Made by a program: the position numbers and the translations under genes. Of a DNA stretch of 32,000 nt, positions 1 to 8,644 are shown piece after piece. Origin of the DNA: an uncultured Actinomycetes bacterium (GTDB lineage Bacteria > Actinomycetota > Actinomycetes > S36-B12 > CAIYMF01); NCBI GenBank assembly GCA_963843975.1, contig CAWJMG010000003.1, positions 1,350,001 through 1,382,000 of the forward strand. Reading direction: 5' to 3'. Every line of letters begins with the position of its first letter. The stretch's first letter is position 1. The notes beneath the pieces were generated by a model that did no database searches, was not told where the DNA came from, and saw only the letters and a list, made by a program, of their open reading frames with translations.

Positions 1-930
1 GTTGGCGTGCGTGGCCACGACGCGCTCGGCCACCTGAAGCGCCGCCGACGTCATGATGTCGAGGTTGCCGGCGTACGCCGGGAGGTAGTGGCCGGCGCCC
101 TCGACCTCGAGGAACACCGACACCACCAGGCGGTCGGCGGGCTCGCGGTCGGGCACGAGCACGCGCTCCGCCGAGTCTTTGCCGACCTTGCGGAACTGCA
201 CCTTCTGCTTCAGGCGGTAGCCCGGCACGTACGACGCCACCCGCGCGACCATGCGTGCGACGGAGTCGATCACGGCCTGCTCGTCGCACTCGTCCACGAT
301 GGCGAGCACGGTGTCACGCATGATCAACGGCGGCTCGGCCGGGTTGAGGATGATGATCGCCTTGCCGCGGGCGGCACCGCCGACCCTCTCGATCGCGAGT
401 GATGTGGTCTCGGTGAACTCGTCGATGTTGGCGCGGGTGCCGGGTCCGGCCGACTTCGACGCGATCGACGCGACGATCTCCGCGTAGTGCACCGGCGTCA
501 CCTGCGAGATCGCGGCGACCATGGGGATGGTCGCCTGGCCGCCGCAGGTCACCATGTTCACGTTGCGGCTGGTGAGGTGCTCGTCGAGGTTGACGGCGGG
601 GACGACGTACGGGCCGATTGCGGCGGGCGTGAGGTCGACCATCGTGACGCCGGTGCCGGCGAGCGCCGCGTCGTTGTGGATGTGCGCGCCCGCAGACGTA
701 GCGTCGAACACGATGCCGATCTCGTCGAGGTGCGGCAGGTCGAGCAGGCCGTCGACGCCGGTCGAGACGGTGGGAACACCCATGCGGGCGGCGCGGGCGA
801 GGCCGTCGGATGCCGGGTCGATGCCGACCATCGCGCCCATCTCGAGGGTCTGCGACAGGCGCATCACCTTGATCATGAGATCGGTGCCGATGTTGCCCGA
901 CCCGATGATCGCGACCTTGTTGCGCGTCAC
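1..930 (-). CDS. acetaldehyde dehydrogenase (acetylating), MhpF/BphJ/DmpF/HsaG family; the C-terminal end runs off the window start
   Basis: My own minus-strand translation from GTG at 930-928 gives (M)[20 protein letters not shown]...[18 protein letters not shown]...[16 protein letters not shown]. These are the family's NAD-binding and catalytic-Cys motifs. GGAGGAG RBS at 936-942. GTGA overlap with the hydratase stop. It is absent from the ORF track because there is no stop inside the window. Confidence 0.9.
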   Translation of the reverse strand, partial: MTRNKVAIIGSGNIGTDLMIKVMRLSQTLEMGAMVGIDPASDGLARAARMGVPTVSTGVDGLLDLPHLDEIGIVFDATSAGAHIHNDAALAGTGVTMVDLTPAAIGPYVVPAVNLDEHLTSRNVNMVTCGGQATIPMVAAISQVTPVHYAEIVASIASKSAGPGTRANIDEFTETTSLAIERVGGAARGKAIIILNPAEPPLIMRDTVLAIVDECDEQAVIDSVARMVARVASYVPGYRLKQKVQFRKVGKDSAERVLVPDREPADRLVVSVFLEVEGAGHYLPAYAGNLDIMTSAALQVAERVVATHAN

Positions 931-1730
931 GCCTTCTCCTCCATCGCGAACGTGACCGAGATCGTGCCGAGGCCGGAGATGTCCGCTTCGACGACGTCGC
1001 CCGGGCGGACGACAGACATGGGACCGAGCGCACCTGACAGCACGACCTCGCCCGCGCGCAGCGGGTCGCCGAGGTCGCGCACGGTGCGGGCCAGCCACAG
1101 CAGCGCGAGGAGCGGGTCGCCCAGGCAGGCAGCGCCCTGGCCTTCCGAGGCGATCGCGCCGTTCATGGTCATCGACATCACGACGTCGACCGGCTCGAAC
1201 TTGGTGAGCGGCACCACTAGGTCGGACACGACGTACAGGCCGCTCGAGGCGTTGTCGGCGACGGTGTCGACGTACGAGATGTCCCAGTCGGCGATGCGGC
1301 TGTCGACGATCTCGATCGCCGCGATCGCGCCAGTGACGGCCTCACGGACCTCCGCGACGTCCTCGAGCGGGCCGTCGAGGTCGGCGCCGAGGAGGAAGGC
1401 CACCTCCGCCTCGACCTTGGGCTGCAGCAGCAGCCCCGCGGGCACGGTGCCACCGGCGGGCACGACCATGTCGTCGAGCAGCGATCCGAAGTCGGGCGTG
1501 CCGACCCCCAGCTGCTTCTGCACGGCGGGCGATGTCAGCCCGATCTTCCGACCGACCCTCACCGCCCCGGAGTCGAGCCGGCGGGCGATGTTGAGCGAGG
1601 AGACGGCGTACGCCGACTCGACGTCGTCCGCCGCGATGAGGTCACGCACGGGCGGGCACGGCGTGCGCCATTCGGCGGCGGCCCAGAGCCGGTCGGCGGC
1701 GGCCTGCCGCGGGTCGGTGATGAGCGTCAT
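927..1730 (-). CDS. 2-keto-4-pentenoate (2-oxopent-4-enoate) hydratase, MhpD/BphH/XylJ/HsaE family
   Basis: 267-aa ORF. Family-typical segments are [23 protein letters not shown] and [12 protein letters not shown]. It is translationally coupled to the downstream acetaldehyde dehydrogenase, the classical hydratase to dehydrogenase (to aldolase) order. Confidence 0.9.
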   Translation of the reverse strand: MTLITDPRQAAADRLWAAAEWRTPCPPVRDLIAADDVESAYAVSSLNIARRLDSGAVRVGRKIGLTSPAVQKQLGVGTPDFGSLLDDMVVPAGGTVPAGLLLQPKVEAEVAFLLGADLDGPLEDVAEVREAVTGAIAAIEIVDSRIADWDISYVDTVADNASSGLYVVSDLVVPLTKFEPVDVVMSMTMNGAIASEGQGAACLGDPLLALLWLARTVRDLGDPLRAGEVVLSGALGPMSVVRPGDVVEADISGLGTISVTFAMEEKA

Positions 1731-1776
1731 GCGAGCAGCATGGACTCCCTGCGGTCAGTGCGGCACACTTCGTTCC

Positions 1777-2580
1777 ATGTCACGGAACACCAACGTCTCC
1801 CCTGCTGTTCGGACCTCGAGCGACACAGAACGCCCGGCCACCAGGGGCGAATCGCGCGACACCATGCTCGAGCGCGGCATCTTCATCCTGCAGTCGTTCC
1901 GTCCGACGGGACAGCCGCAGACGCTCACCGCCATCGCTCGCCGGACGGACCTGCCCAAGTCCACGACGCACCGCATCGTCGAGGTGCTCGCCGGCCAGGG
2001 CCTGCTGGAGCGGACGGATGAGGGATGGGTGCTCGGTCGCGCGCTGTTCGAGCTCGGCGAGCTCGTGCCCATCAAGCGGCGGCTGCGCGAGACCGCGCTG
2101 CCGTTCATGGAGGACCTGTACGAGGCCACGCACGAGACCGTGCACCTCGCGGTGCGCGACGACCTCGACGTGCTGTACGCCGAGAAGATCCGCGGTCACT
2201 CCGGCGTGGACATGCCGTCCCGCGTCGGGGGGCGACTGCCGCTGTCGAGCACGGGGGTGGGCAAGACGCTGCTCGCCTTCTCCCCCGCCTCCCTCGTCGA
2301 GGAGGTCATGTCACGGCCGCTGCGCAGGCTGACGGCTCTCTCCATCTCGGACCCGGTGGTCCTGCAGAACGAGCTCGCCACGATCCGCTCGGCCGGCGTC
2401 GGCTACGACCACGAGGAGGCGGCGCTCGGGGTCAGCTGCGTCGCCTCACCCGTCCTGGTGCGCGGCGAGCCCGTCGCCGCGCTGTCGGTGAGCGTCCCGT
2501 CCGACCAGCTGCAGCCGGCACGCCTTGCCCCCGCCGTCCGCACCGCAGCCCTGGCTCTCGGGCGGGCCCTGTCTCGTTGA
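1777..2580 (+). CDS. IclR-family transcriptional regulator
   Basis: Only the 3' part of track ORF 487..2580 looks real. It has an HTH (LTAIARRTDLPKSTTHRIVEVLAGQGLLER) and the IclR effector-domain pattern (GGRLPLSSTGVGKTLLAF...GYDHEEAALGVSCVASPV). The start is ambiguous: ATG 1777 is used here, and ATG 1864 is the alternative. It is divergent from the hydratase operon. Confidence 0.85.
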   Translation: MSRNTNVSPAVRTSSDTERPATRGESRDTMLERGIFILQSFRPTGQPQTLTAIARRTDLPKSTTHRIVEVLAGQGLLERTDEGWVLGRALFELGELVPIKRRLRETALPFMEDLYEATHETVHLAVRDDLDVLYAEKIRGHSGVDMPSRVGGRLPLSSTGVGKTLLAFSPASLVEEVMSRPLRRLTALSISDPVVLQNELATIRSAGVGYDHEEAALGVSCVASPVLVRGEPVAALSVSVPSDQLQPARLAPAVRTAALALGRALSR

Positions 2581-2586
2581 GGCCGA

Positions 2587-3786
2587 TCAGCCCCAGCCGT
2601 GCTGCAGCGGCGGCTCGTAGGGCCGCTGCCCCAGGGTGTGCGAGATCGCGTCAGCCGTGCGACGAAGCTCGTCGATCCAGGTGAGGACCTCCACCGCCTC
2701 AGCACGTGCCGGCAGGTGCACCAGGCGCAGGTACAGCACAGGCTCGCCCTTGTCGCCGGCCACGGGCACCACGATGGAGTGGACGTCGTAGCGGTGCCCG
2801 GGCAGCAGCTCCACCGGCTCGTAGCGGTCGGTGAACTCCGCGATGGTGGCCTTGACCGCACGCTCCCGGGCGGGAGTGGACTCGCCCTGCGCGTACTCGC
2901 GCAACGCGTCGTAGAAGCGGATCTCCTCGTCGGGAGCGAGTCGCGACATCGACCAGCCGCGGGCGCGGGCGACGGCGAGCCTCGAGAGATGCGCCTCACG
3001 TCCGGCGGCGTCCTGGATGCCACCGCGGTCGAGCCACTGCTCCTGCACGTCGGGCTCGCACCACGCGGCGATCTGCTCTCCGAGCGGCGCCATGAGCGGC
3101 ACCCGCATCCCGAGCATCGGCCCGGTGTGCGAGGGGCCCGAGCCTGCGGTCGCGACGAATGCGAGCTCGCTGCCCACGTGAGCGATGGCGTCGACCTCCA
3201 TGTCGACGCGGAGCGAGAGGTCCTCCAGGTGCGGGCGGGCGGCCTCGGCGGTGCGCACCGCGGAGATGAGGTCCGGTGCCGCCGTCGCGACGAGGGAGAG
3301 CGAGGTGAAGCGCCCGTAGCCGCCCTGGAAGAACAGCAGCGGCGCAACGGGGTTGACGACGTCCATCTCCTGGACGCGTCCGATGACGAGGTAGTGGTCG
3401 CCGGCCTCCTGGACCGACTCGACGCTGCACTCGATCCAGGCGACGGAGTCGTCGAGCACGGGAGCCCCCAGCGGCGACCGCGACCAGGCGATGCCGTCCC
3501 AGCTCGTCTCGCCACGGGACGCGAACCTGCGGCAGAGATCCTCCTGGTCGGCGGCCAGCACGTTCACGGCGAAGACGTTCGCCGACTGAAGCCGGGAGTA
3601 CCTCCCCGAGCCCTTCGTCGGCAGGAAGGCCACGAGCGGCGGATCGAGCGAGACGGAGGTGAACGAGCCGACGACCATGCCCACCGGCTCGCCGGCCTCG
3701 TCGAACCCGGTGATGAGCGCGACACCCGTCGGGTAGTGACCCAGGGTCTCGCGGAAGCGACGGCCGTCGAACGCTGTCGGCGTCAT
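2587..3786 (-). CDS. flavin reductase domain (HpaC/HsaB-like) fused to an IclR-effector-like (GAF-like) C-terminal domain, with no HTH
   Basis: The N-terminal ~165 aa, FRETLGHYPTGVALITG...GMVVGSFTSVSLDPPLVAF...FAVNVL...GDHYLVIGRV, is a flavin reductase split-barrel. The C-terminal ~230 aa follows IclR effector-domain motif order (ARPHLEDLS...GMRVPLMAPLG...ARARGWSMS...HSIVVPVAGDKGEPVLYLRLV). Start taken at ATG 3786 (MTPTAFDGRRFRE) with AAGGAG upstream. The track ORF extends to 3891. Confidence 0.75.
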   Translation of the reverse strand: MTPTAFDGRRFRETLGHYPTGVALITGFDEAGEPVGMVVGSFTSVSLDPPLVAFLPTKGSGRYSRLQSANVFAVNVLAADQEDLCRRFASRGETSWDGIAWSRSPLGAPVLDDSVAWIECSVESVQEAGDHYLVIGRVQEMDVVNPVAPLLFFQGGYGRFTSLSLVATAAPDLISAVRTAEAARPHLEDLSLRVDMEVDAIAHVGSELAFVATAGSGPSHTGPMLGMRVPLMAPLGEQIAAWCEPDVQEQWLDRGGIQDAAGREAHLSRLAVARARGWSMSRLAPDEEIRFYDALREYAQGESTPARERAVKATIAEFTDRYEPVELLPGHRYDVHSIVVPVAGDKGEPVLYLRLVHLPARAEAVEVLTWIDELRRTADAISHTLGQRPYEPPLQHGWG

Positions 3787-3850
3787 CGCGAACGTCACTC
3801 CTTCAGGTGCGGGGCCGGCCCGATCGGGCAGTACTCCGACGGTAGAGAGG

Positions 3851-5344
3851 TCACGCACGCCGGGCGAGAGACGCGTTCCGGGCCTCGGCACGAGCTGCCG
3901 TGGTGGTCCAGGTCGCGACTCCGGCGGCCACCAGGAGCGCGAGCAGAGATGCCCAGAAGATGCGGTAGCCCGTGAGCAACGAGTCGACGTCGGAGGTCGT
4001 CAGCTGAGCGGTATCGGCGGAGAAGAAGGCCTGCGCCCCTGTGGCGGAGAGGCCCAGCGTCACGACGGTCAGGCCCACTGCCAGCCCTACCGCGAAGGAC
4101 CCGTTCGTCCCCAGGGTCCTGACTGCGTTCGTGCGCCCGACCTTGTCAGGCGGCGCGAGGCCGATGAGCATGCTCGAGTTCACGGCTCCGAACAGGCCGC
4201 TCCCCGCTCCCACGATCGACACGCCGACGACCTGCAGAAGGGTCGTGCGCTCCGACCCGACCGAGGCGAGGAGCAGGACGACGCCGGCCGCGGTCACGAG
4301 GATTGTCGTCAGCGCGACCGACTCGGGCCTGCGGCCGCGAAGGGCCGGCCCGGCGAGAAGCGAGGAGACGGTCACCCCGACCGCGAGCGGCGCGACGACC
4401 GCTGCGGCCTGCAGGGGCGTGCCGCCCTCGACCCCCTGGACGTACAGCGCGACGAGGGCACCCGTCGCGAGCCGCGGCACGATCACGATGCACGAGGCGA
4501 GGAAGGCCACGCTGAACGCGCGGCTCCGGAACAGGTCCGGATCGATGGCCGGCTCGCGCGCGGTGCGCAGCCACCAGGGAAGCGGCGCGAGGCACAGCAC
4601 TGCCACCGCCAGCGCGGCCACGACGAGTGGCTCGGACCACCCGGAGTACGGCGCCCTCGAGACGCCGAGGAGGAGGCCGCTGAGCCCGACGAACAGCAGG
4701 AGCGACCCGACGACGTCGATGCGCACCCGGCTGCCGGCGGACGGCCGTGGCTGCCCCCGGAGGACACCCCGGGCCCAGAGCAGAGCCCCGACCCCGAGCG
4801 GGACGTTGAGCCAGAACAGCCAGCGCCAGTCGAGCACGGTGGTGACGACGCCGGCGATGACGGGACCGACGACGTGGCCGGTGGAGAAGCCGGCGAGGTA
4901 CACGCCCATCGCTCTACCCAGTCGCGGCCCCGGAAAGACCCCCGCGAGGATCACGGCCGCGTTGGTGAGCAGTACCGCTCCCCCGACCGCCTGGATCCCG
5001 CGACCGGCCACGATCACCCACGCGGACGGCGCGGCGGCCACCACCACTCCCCCGGCCGTCGTGAGAGCCACAGCCGCGAGGAAGAGCAACCGACGGTCGA
5101 CCACGTCGGCGACCTGGCCGAACGGGATCAGCAGCCCGGTGGAGACCAGCCCGAAGACGAGCAGGGTCCAGCTGCTCTGAGCCGCGGTGGCATCGAGGTC
5201 GGCTGCGACGCTCGGCAGCGCGACGTTCATCATCGTCGCGTTGAGCCCGACGGAGAACGTCGTGAGGAAGACGAGGCCGAGCAGCGACAGCTCATGCCGC
5301 CGTCGTACGGACGCGCTGGCGGCGCTGCCCTCCGGCGAGGGCAT
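3851..5344 (-). CDS. MFS transporter, DHA2 (EmrB/QacA-like, ~14 TMS) family
   Basis: Highly hydrophobic throughout, with an MFS motif-A-like segment (FGQVADVVDRRLLFLAAV). Start chosen at ATG 5344-5342 (MPSPEGS), which forms an ATGA overlap with the upstream FAH gene stop. Confidence 0.85.
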   Translation of the reverse strand: MPSPEGSAASASVRRRHELSLLGLVFLTTFSVGLNATMMNVALPSVAADLDATAAQSSWTLLVFGLVSTGLLIPFGQVADVVDRRLLFLAAVALTTAGGVVVAAAPSAWVIVAGRGIQAVGGAVLLTNAAVILAGVFPGPRLGRAMGVYLAGFSTGHVVGPVIAGVVTTVLDWRWLFWLNVPLGVGALLWARGVLRGQPRPSAGSRVRIDVVGSLLLFVGLSGLLLGVSRAPYSGWSEPLVVAALAVAVLCLAPLPWWLRTAREPAIDPDLFRSRAFSVAFLASCIVIVPRLATGALVALYVQGVEGGTPLQAAAVVAPLAVGVTVSSLLAGPALRGRRPESVALTTILVTAAGVVLLLASVGSERTTLLQVVGVSIVGAGSGLFGAVNSSMLIGLAPPDKVGRTNAVRTLGTNGSFAVGLAVGLTVVTLGLSATGAQAFFSADTAQLTTSDVDSLLTGYRIFWASLLALLVAAGVATWTTTAARAEARNASLARRA

Positions 5345-6195
5345 CAGGGGGCCGCGACGAACCGCTGCTGCAGCTCTCCGACGCCGTCGACCCATGTGCG
5401 CAGGGTGTCACCGGCGCGAAGGAAGGGCTTGTCCGGCCTGCCGAGAGCCACGCCGGAGGGGGTGCCCGTCCAGATGAGGTCGCCGGGCAGCAGGGTGACC
5501 GACGCCGATAGCTCGGCGACCAGCCGCGACACGGGGAAGATCAGCTCGCTCGTCCGCGACTCCTGCACCGTCACGCCGTTGACAGCGCAGCCGAGGCCGA
5601 GGTCGTCGCGGTCCGGCAGCGCGCCGGTGGTGACCAGCCATGGCCCGGTGGGCCCATACCCGGGCAGGGACTTGCCGAGCGACCACTGTCGCGCCGGGTC
5701 GTTCGTCTGCCGGTCGCGGTCCGAGATGTCGTTTCCCACCGTGACACCAGCCACGTGGTCCCAGGCCTCGGACTCGGCCACGCGGCTCGCCTCGCGACCG
5801 ATGACGACGACCAGCTCGGCCTCCCAGTCGATCGACGGCCCGGCCACGACCACTTCGGTCACAGGTCCGGTGAGGCACGAGGCGAACTTGGTGAACACGA
5901 CGGGCCGATCGGGGATCGCAGCACCCGTCTCGCGGGCGTGCTCGCGGTAGTTGAGCCCGATCGCGAAGACCTGCCGCGGCCGCGGTACCGGTGGGCCCAG
6001 CTCGGCGGGGTCGAACGCCTCGCCGTCGACGGCGGCCAGGTCGAGTTCCGCCCCCCACGCGAGGAGCGTGTCCCACCGCTCGAAGGCCGCCTGCGGGTCA
6101 GCTCCGAAGGCGCCGGCCGAGAGCCTCTCGACATCGGCCCCGAGACCGTCGTCGAGGACCAGGGTCAGCCGTCCGGCCAGGTTCGCGAGGCGCAC
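5344..6195 (-). CDS. fumarylacetoacetate hydrolase (FAH) family protein (COG0179-type hydratase/decarboxylase/acylpyruvase)
   Basis: Only the C-terminal 284 codons of track ORF 5344..6864 are protein-like (QVFAIGLNYREHA...IDWEAELVVVIG...GVTVGNDISDRD...GDLIWTGTPSGV). GTG start at 6195-6193, preceded by AAGGAG. Confidence 0.85.
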   Translation of the reverse strand: MRLANLAGRLTLVLDDGLGADVERLSAGAFGADPQAAFERWDTLLAWGAELDLAAVDGEAFDPAELGPPVPRPRQVFAIGLNYREHARETGAAIPDRPVVFTKFASCLTGPVTEVVVAGPSIDWEAELVVVIGREASRVAESEAWDHVAGVTVGNDISDRDRQTNDPARQWSLGKSLPGYGPTGPWLVTTGALPDRDDLGLGCAVNGVTVQESRTSELIFPVSRLVAELSASVTLLPGDLIWTGTPSGVALGRPDKPFLRAGDTLRTWVDGVGELQQRFVAAP

Positions 6196-6226
6196 AGCGT
6201 CCGGGCTCCTTGTCGTGTGGGGTGGC

Positions 6227-7027
6227 TCAGGCCCAGGTGTCGCGGGCGATGCGGGCGGCCGCGCGTCGGACGTGGGTGCCGACCTGGGCCGGGTCGAAGC
6301 GCCCGGTCGGACCGGCCACCGACACCGCGGCCACAGCCACGCCGTCGCGCAGGATCGGCGCCGCCGCGCACATGAGCCCGAGCGCCGACTCCTCCCTCTC
6401 GAACGCGATGCCGTCCACGTGCACCTTGCGCAGCTGCTGGAGGAAGCGTCCGGGGTGGGCGATCGAGTAGCGCGTGCGCTGGGTGAGGCCGCCCTCGACC
6501 GTGCGCTGGATGGTGGCGGGCTCGCTGAACGCGAGGATCGCCTTGCCCAGCGAGGTGCAGTTGGCCGGCACCCGCCCACCGACGACGCTCGGCGTCCTCG
6601 GCGAGAGCGGGCCGCTGACCTTGTCGAGGTAGACGACGTCGGAGCCGTCGAGCACCGCGAGGTGCACGGCGAACTGGGTGCGGGCGAAGAGCTCCCCGAG
6701 GTACGGCGCTGCCACGTCGCGCAGTCCGCGAGGCTGGCAGTGCTGGACCCCGTTGCCGAGCTCGAAGAGCCGCCACCCCAGCCGGTAGTCGGTGCCGTCA
6801 CGCTCGACGAACCCGGCCTGCTCGAGGTGGCTGAGGAGTCGGAACGCCGTCGACTTGGCCACACCAGCCCGGCGCGCGATCTCGCTCACGCCGAGTGTGG
6901 GTCCGTGGCCACGGAACACGTCGAGCAGGGTCAGCGCCTTGAGGACGGAGCCCGCCTTCGCGTCCTCGTCCTGAGCGGTGTCCTGGTGCTCTGCGGGCAC
7001 CATCTCGAGAACTGTTGCCTGAGACAT
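6227..7027 (-). CDS. IclR-family transcriptional regulator
   Basis: ATG at 7027-7025 (MSQATVLE) with a GGAGGAGG RBS. HTH is LGVSEIARRAGVAKSTAFRLLSHLEQAGFVER. Effector domain is GGRVPANCTSLGKAILAF...GIAFEREESALGLMCAAAPI. Confidence 0.9.
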   Translation of the reverse strand: MSQATVLEMVPAEHQDTAQDEDAKAGSVLKALTLLDVFRGHGPTLGVSEIARRAGVAKSTAFRLLSHLEQAGFVERDGTDYRLGWRLFELGNGVQHCQPRGLRDVAAPYLGELFARTQFAVHLAVLDGSDVVYLDKVSGPLSPRTPSVVGGRVPANCTSLGKAILAFSEPATIQRTVEGGLTQRTRYSIAHPGRFLQQLRKVHVDGIAFEREESALGLMCAAAPILRDGVAVAAVSVAGPTGRFDPAQVGTHVRRAAARIARDTWA

Positions 7028-7048
7028 GCGTTCCTCCTCCGAGGTACG

Positions 7049-7082
7049 CCTGTGCGGCCGGGGCCGATCCCGGCCGCACAGG
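7049..7082 (-). terminator. perfect 14-bp GC-rich stem-loop between the oxygenase gene and the iclR RBS (no U-tract)
   Basis: CCTGTGCGGCCGGG (7049-7062), loop GCCGAT, CCCGGCCGCACAGG (7069-7082). It lies 60 nt after the oxygenase stop and only ~8 nt before the iclR RBS on the minus-strand transcript. Confidence 0.55.
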
Positions 7083-7142
7083 TCGAGCTGCTGGGGGTCG
7101 TGCGGAGGTCGAGCGGGCGAGGCGCGTGGCCCAGAAGATGGC

Positions 7143-8321
7143 TCAGTGGAAGGAGGGCATGACGACCGGGCCGCCGAAGTACTGGACGCCCCACGTCGTG
7201 TACTGCTTCTCCGCCTCGTTGCAGATGTGGCTGCCGCCTGCGTGCAGATCGCGCCAGTACCGCTGGAGGTGGCCCGGGCGGTCGGTGTGGATGGCCGAGG
7301 CACCAGCCAGGTTGAAGAGCTTGTCGATCGCGGCGATGGCGCGACGCGACGCGCGCACCTGGTCACGCCGGCTGGCGAGCCGCTGCTCCAGCGTGAGCGG
7401 GATGCCGTTCACCATCTGGTCGTAGAACTCGTCGAACATGACCTTGAGGACGAGCTTGCTGGCCGCGAGGTCGGAGTACGCCTCGGCAAGGGCAGCGAGC
7501 TGGAACGGGTCGGTCTTGGCGACGCTCCCGTTGGCGCTCACCCGGTTGCGGACGTACTCGGTGTAAACGTCGAGGCAGCCCTGCGCGATGCCGAGCGTGC
7601 CGGACCCGATGGCTGCAGAGAACAGCACCGCGAAGTTCAGGTTGTAGAGCGGGTTCCCCGGCTGACGCTCCTCGGAGTAGCCGTTCTCCAGCATGCGGAC
7701 GCCCTCGACGACCCGGTAGTCGGGGATGAAGGCGTCGACGATCTTCACGTCCTTGGATCCGGTGCCGGTGAGGCCCATGACGTTCCACGAGCCCTCGATC
7801 ACCTCGTAGTCCGAGCGGGGCAGCACGAAGTGGCGGATGTCAGGAGGAGTGCCAACGGCGCCGTCCTCGTCGACCACGATCCCGCCGAGGATGATCCAGT
7901 CGCAGAAGTCCGTGCCCGTCGAGTACGGCCACTGGCCGGAGAAGCGGAAGCCGCCGTCGACCTTGGTGGCGCGGCCGAACGGCGCATAGGGAGAAGCGAC
8001 CAGCGTGTCGGGGTCGTCGCCGTAGATCTCGTCCTGCAGACGGGGGTCCATGAGCGCGATCTCCCACGGGTGGACGCCGACGACGCCGGCGATCCAGCCC
8101 GCTGACGGGCTGTACTGCGCCACGGCCTGCACCCAGTCGAAGAACGTCGTCGGACGCTCCTCGAAGCCGCCGTACTGCTTCGACTGGAGCAGGCGGAAGC
8201 CGCCGGACTCCTTGAGGATGCGGATCGTCTCGTCGGTGAGCCGACCCAGCTCGTCGCACTTGGGTGCCTCCTCGCGGAGGACGTCACCGGCCTTGTGGAT
8301 CGCCTCGACAGCCTCGTGCAT
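7143..8321 (-). CDS. flavin-dependent monooxygenase, oxygenase component (acyl-CoA dehydrogenase fold; HsaA / HpaH-C2-type group D)
   Basis: 392 aa, colinear with the remembered M. tuberculosis HsaA sequence (LRRLPDET.., ..VVGVHPWE.., SSYAPxG.., VMGLTGTGSKDV, RRDQVRA..SI..IDRLF..SGA.., QRYWRDLHAG). It requires a separate flavin reductase. Confidence 0.85.
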   Translation of the reverse strand: MHEAVEAIHKAGDVLREEAPKCDELGRLTDETIRILKESGGFRLLQSKQYGGFEERPTTFFDWVQAVAQYSPSAGWIAGVVGVHPWEIALMDPRLQDEIYGDDPDTLVASPYAPFGRATKVDGGFRFSGQWPYSTGTDFCDWIILGGIVVDEDGAVGTPPDIRHFVLPRSDYEVIEGSWNVMGLTGTGSKDVKIVDAFIPDYRVVEGVRMLENGYSEERQPGNPLYNLNFAVLFSAAIGSGTLGIAQGCLDVYTEYVRNRVSANGSVAKTDPFQLAALAEAYSDLAASKLVLKVMFDEFYDQMVNGIPLTLEQRLASRRDQVRASRRAIAAIDKLFNLAGASAIHTDRPGHLQRYWRDLHAGGSHICNEAEKQYTTWGVQYFGGPVVMPSFH

Positions 8322-8408
8322 GCGCCTGTCCTTTCCGGTCGCCGTACCGCCCGGCCGTGTGCTTCACGCCCTGGAACGAGCCCTACGGGGAAGTTCGGAT
8401 GGATCGAT

Positions 8409-8434
8409 CCCTGTCTGTATCGATCGCTACAGGG
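8409..8434. promoter_or_regulatory. nested imperfect palindromes in the 323-bp oxygenase/TetR divergent intergenic region (candidate operator)
   Basis: CCCTGT-N14-ACAGGG (8409-8434) encloses CTGTATCGATCGCTACAG (8415-8432, 18 bp, one mismatch). This is a locally AT-richer patch. It is followed by GTGACaccgGTCAC at 8439-8452. Confidence 0.35.
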
Positions 8435-8644
8435 GACTGTGACACCGGTCACCGGGCAAGCGCAAGAGGTGTCGTTCCGGTGAGCGGGACGTTTCGGTTC
8501 CGTGTCCGGCAGGCAGCCGTCACCGTCGTCCCGTGGGGCGGACCACGCGTCGCCCGCGCCGCCAGCAGCGGCGGCCCCTACGCTGGGACCGCCCGAGCGC
8601 CGACGGGCCCATGACCTGCGGCGACATGAGGAGAGGACGAGGAC

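Noticed and set aside
487-1776. The N-terminal 430 codons of ORF 487..2580, and similarly the 5' extensions of ORFs 5344..6864, 6227..7366, 17332..18651, 20703..22001, 25438..27096 and 30227..31885
   Set aside because: The extensions overlap well-supported genes on the other strand or in another frame and have low-complexity composition. Internal starts with RBS-like sequences and family-typical N-termini were used instead.
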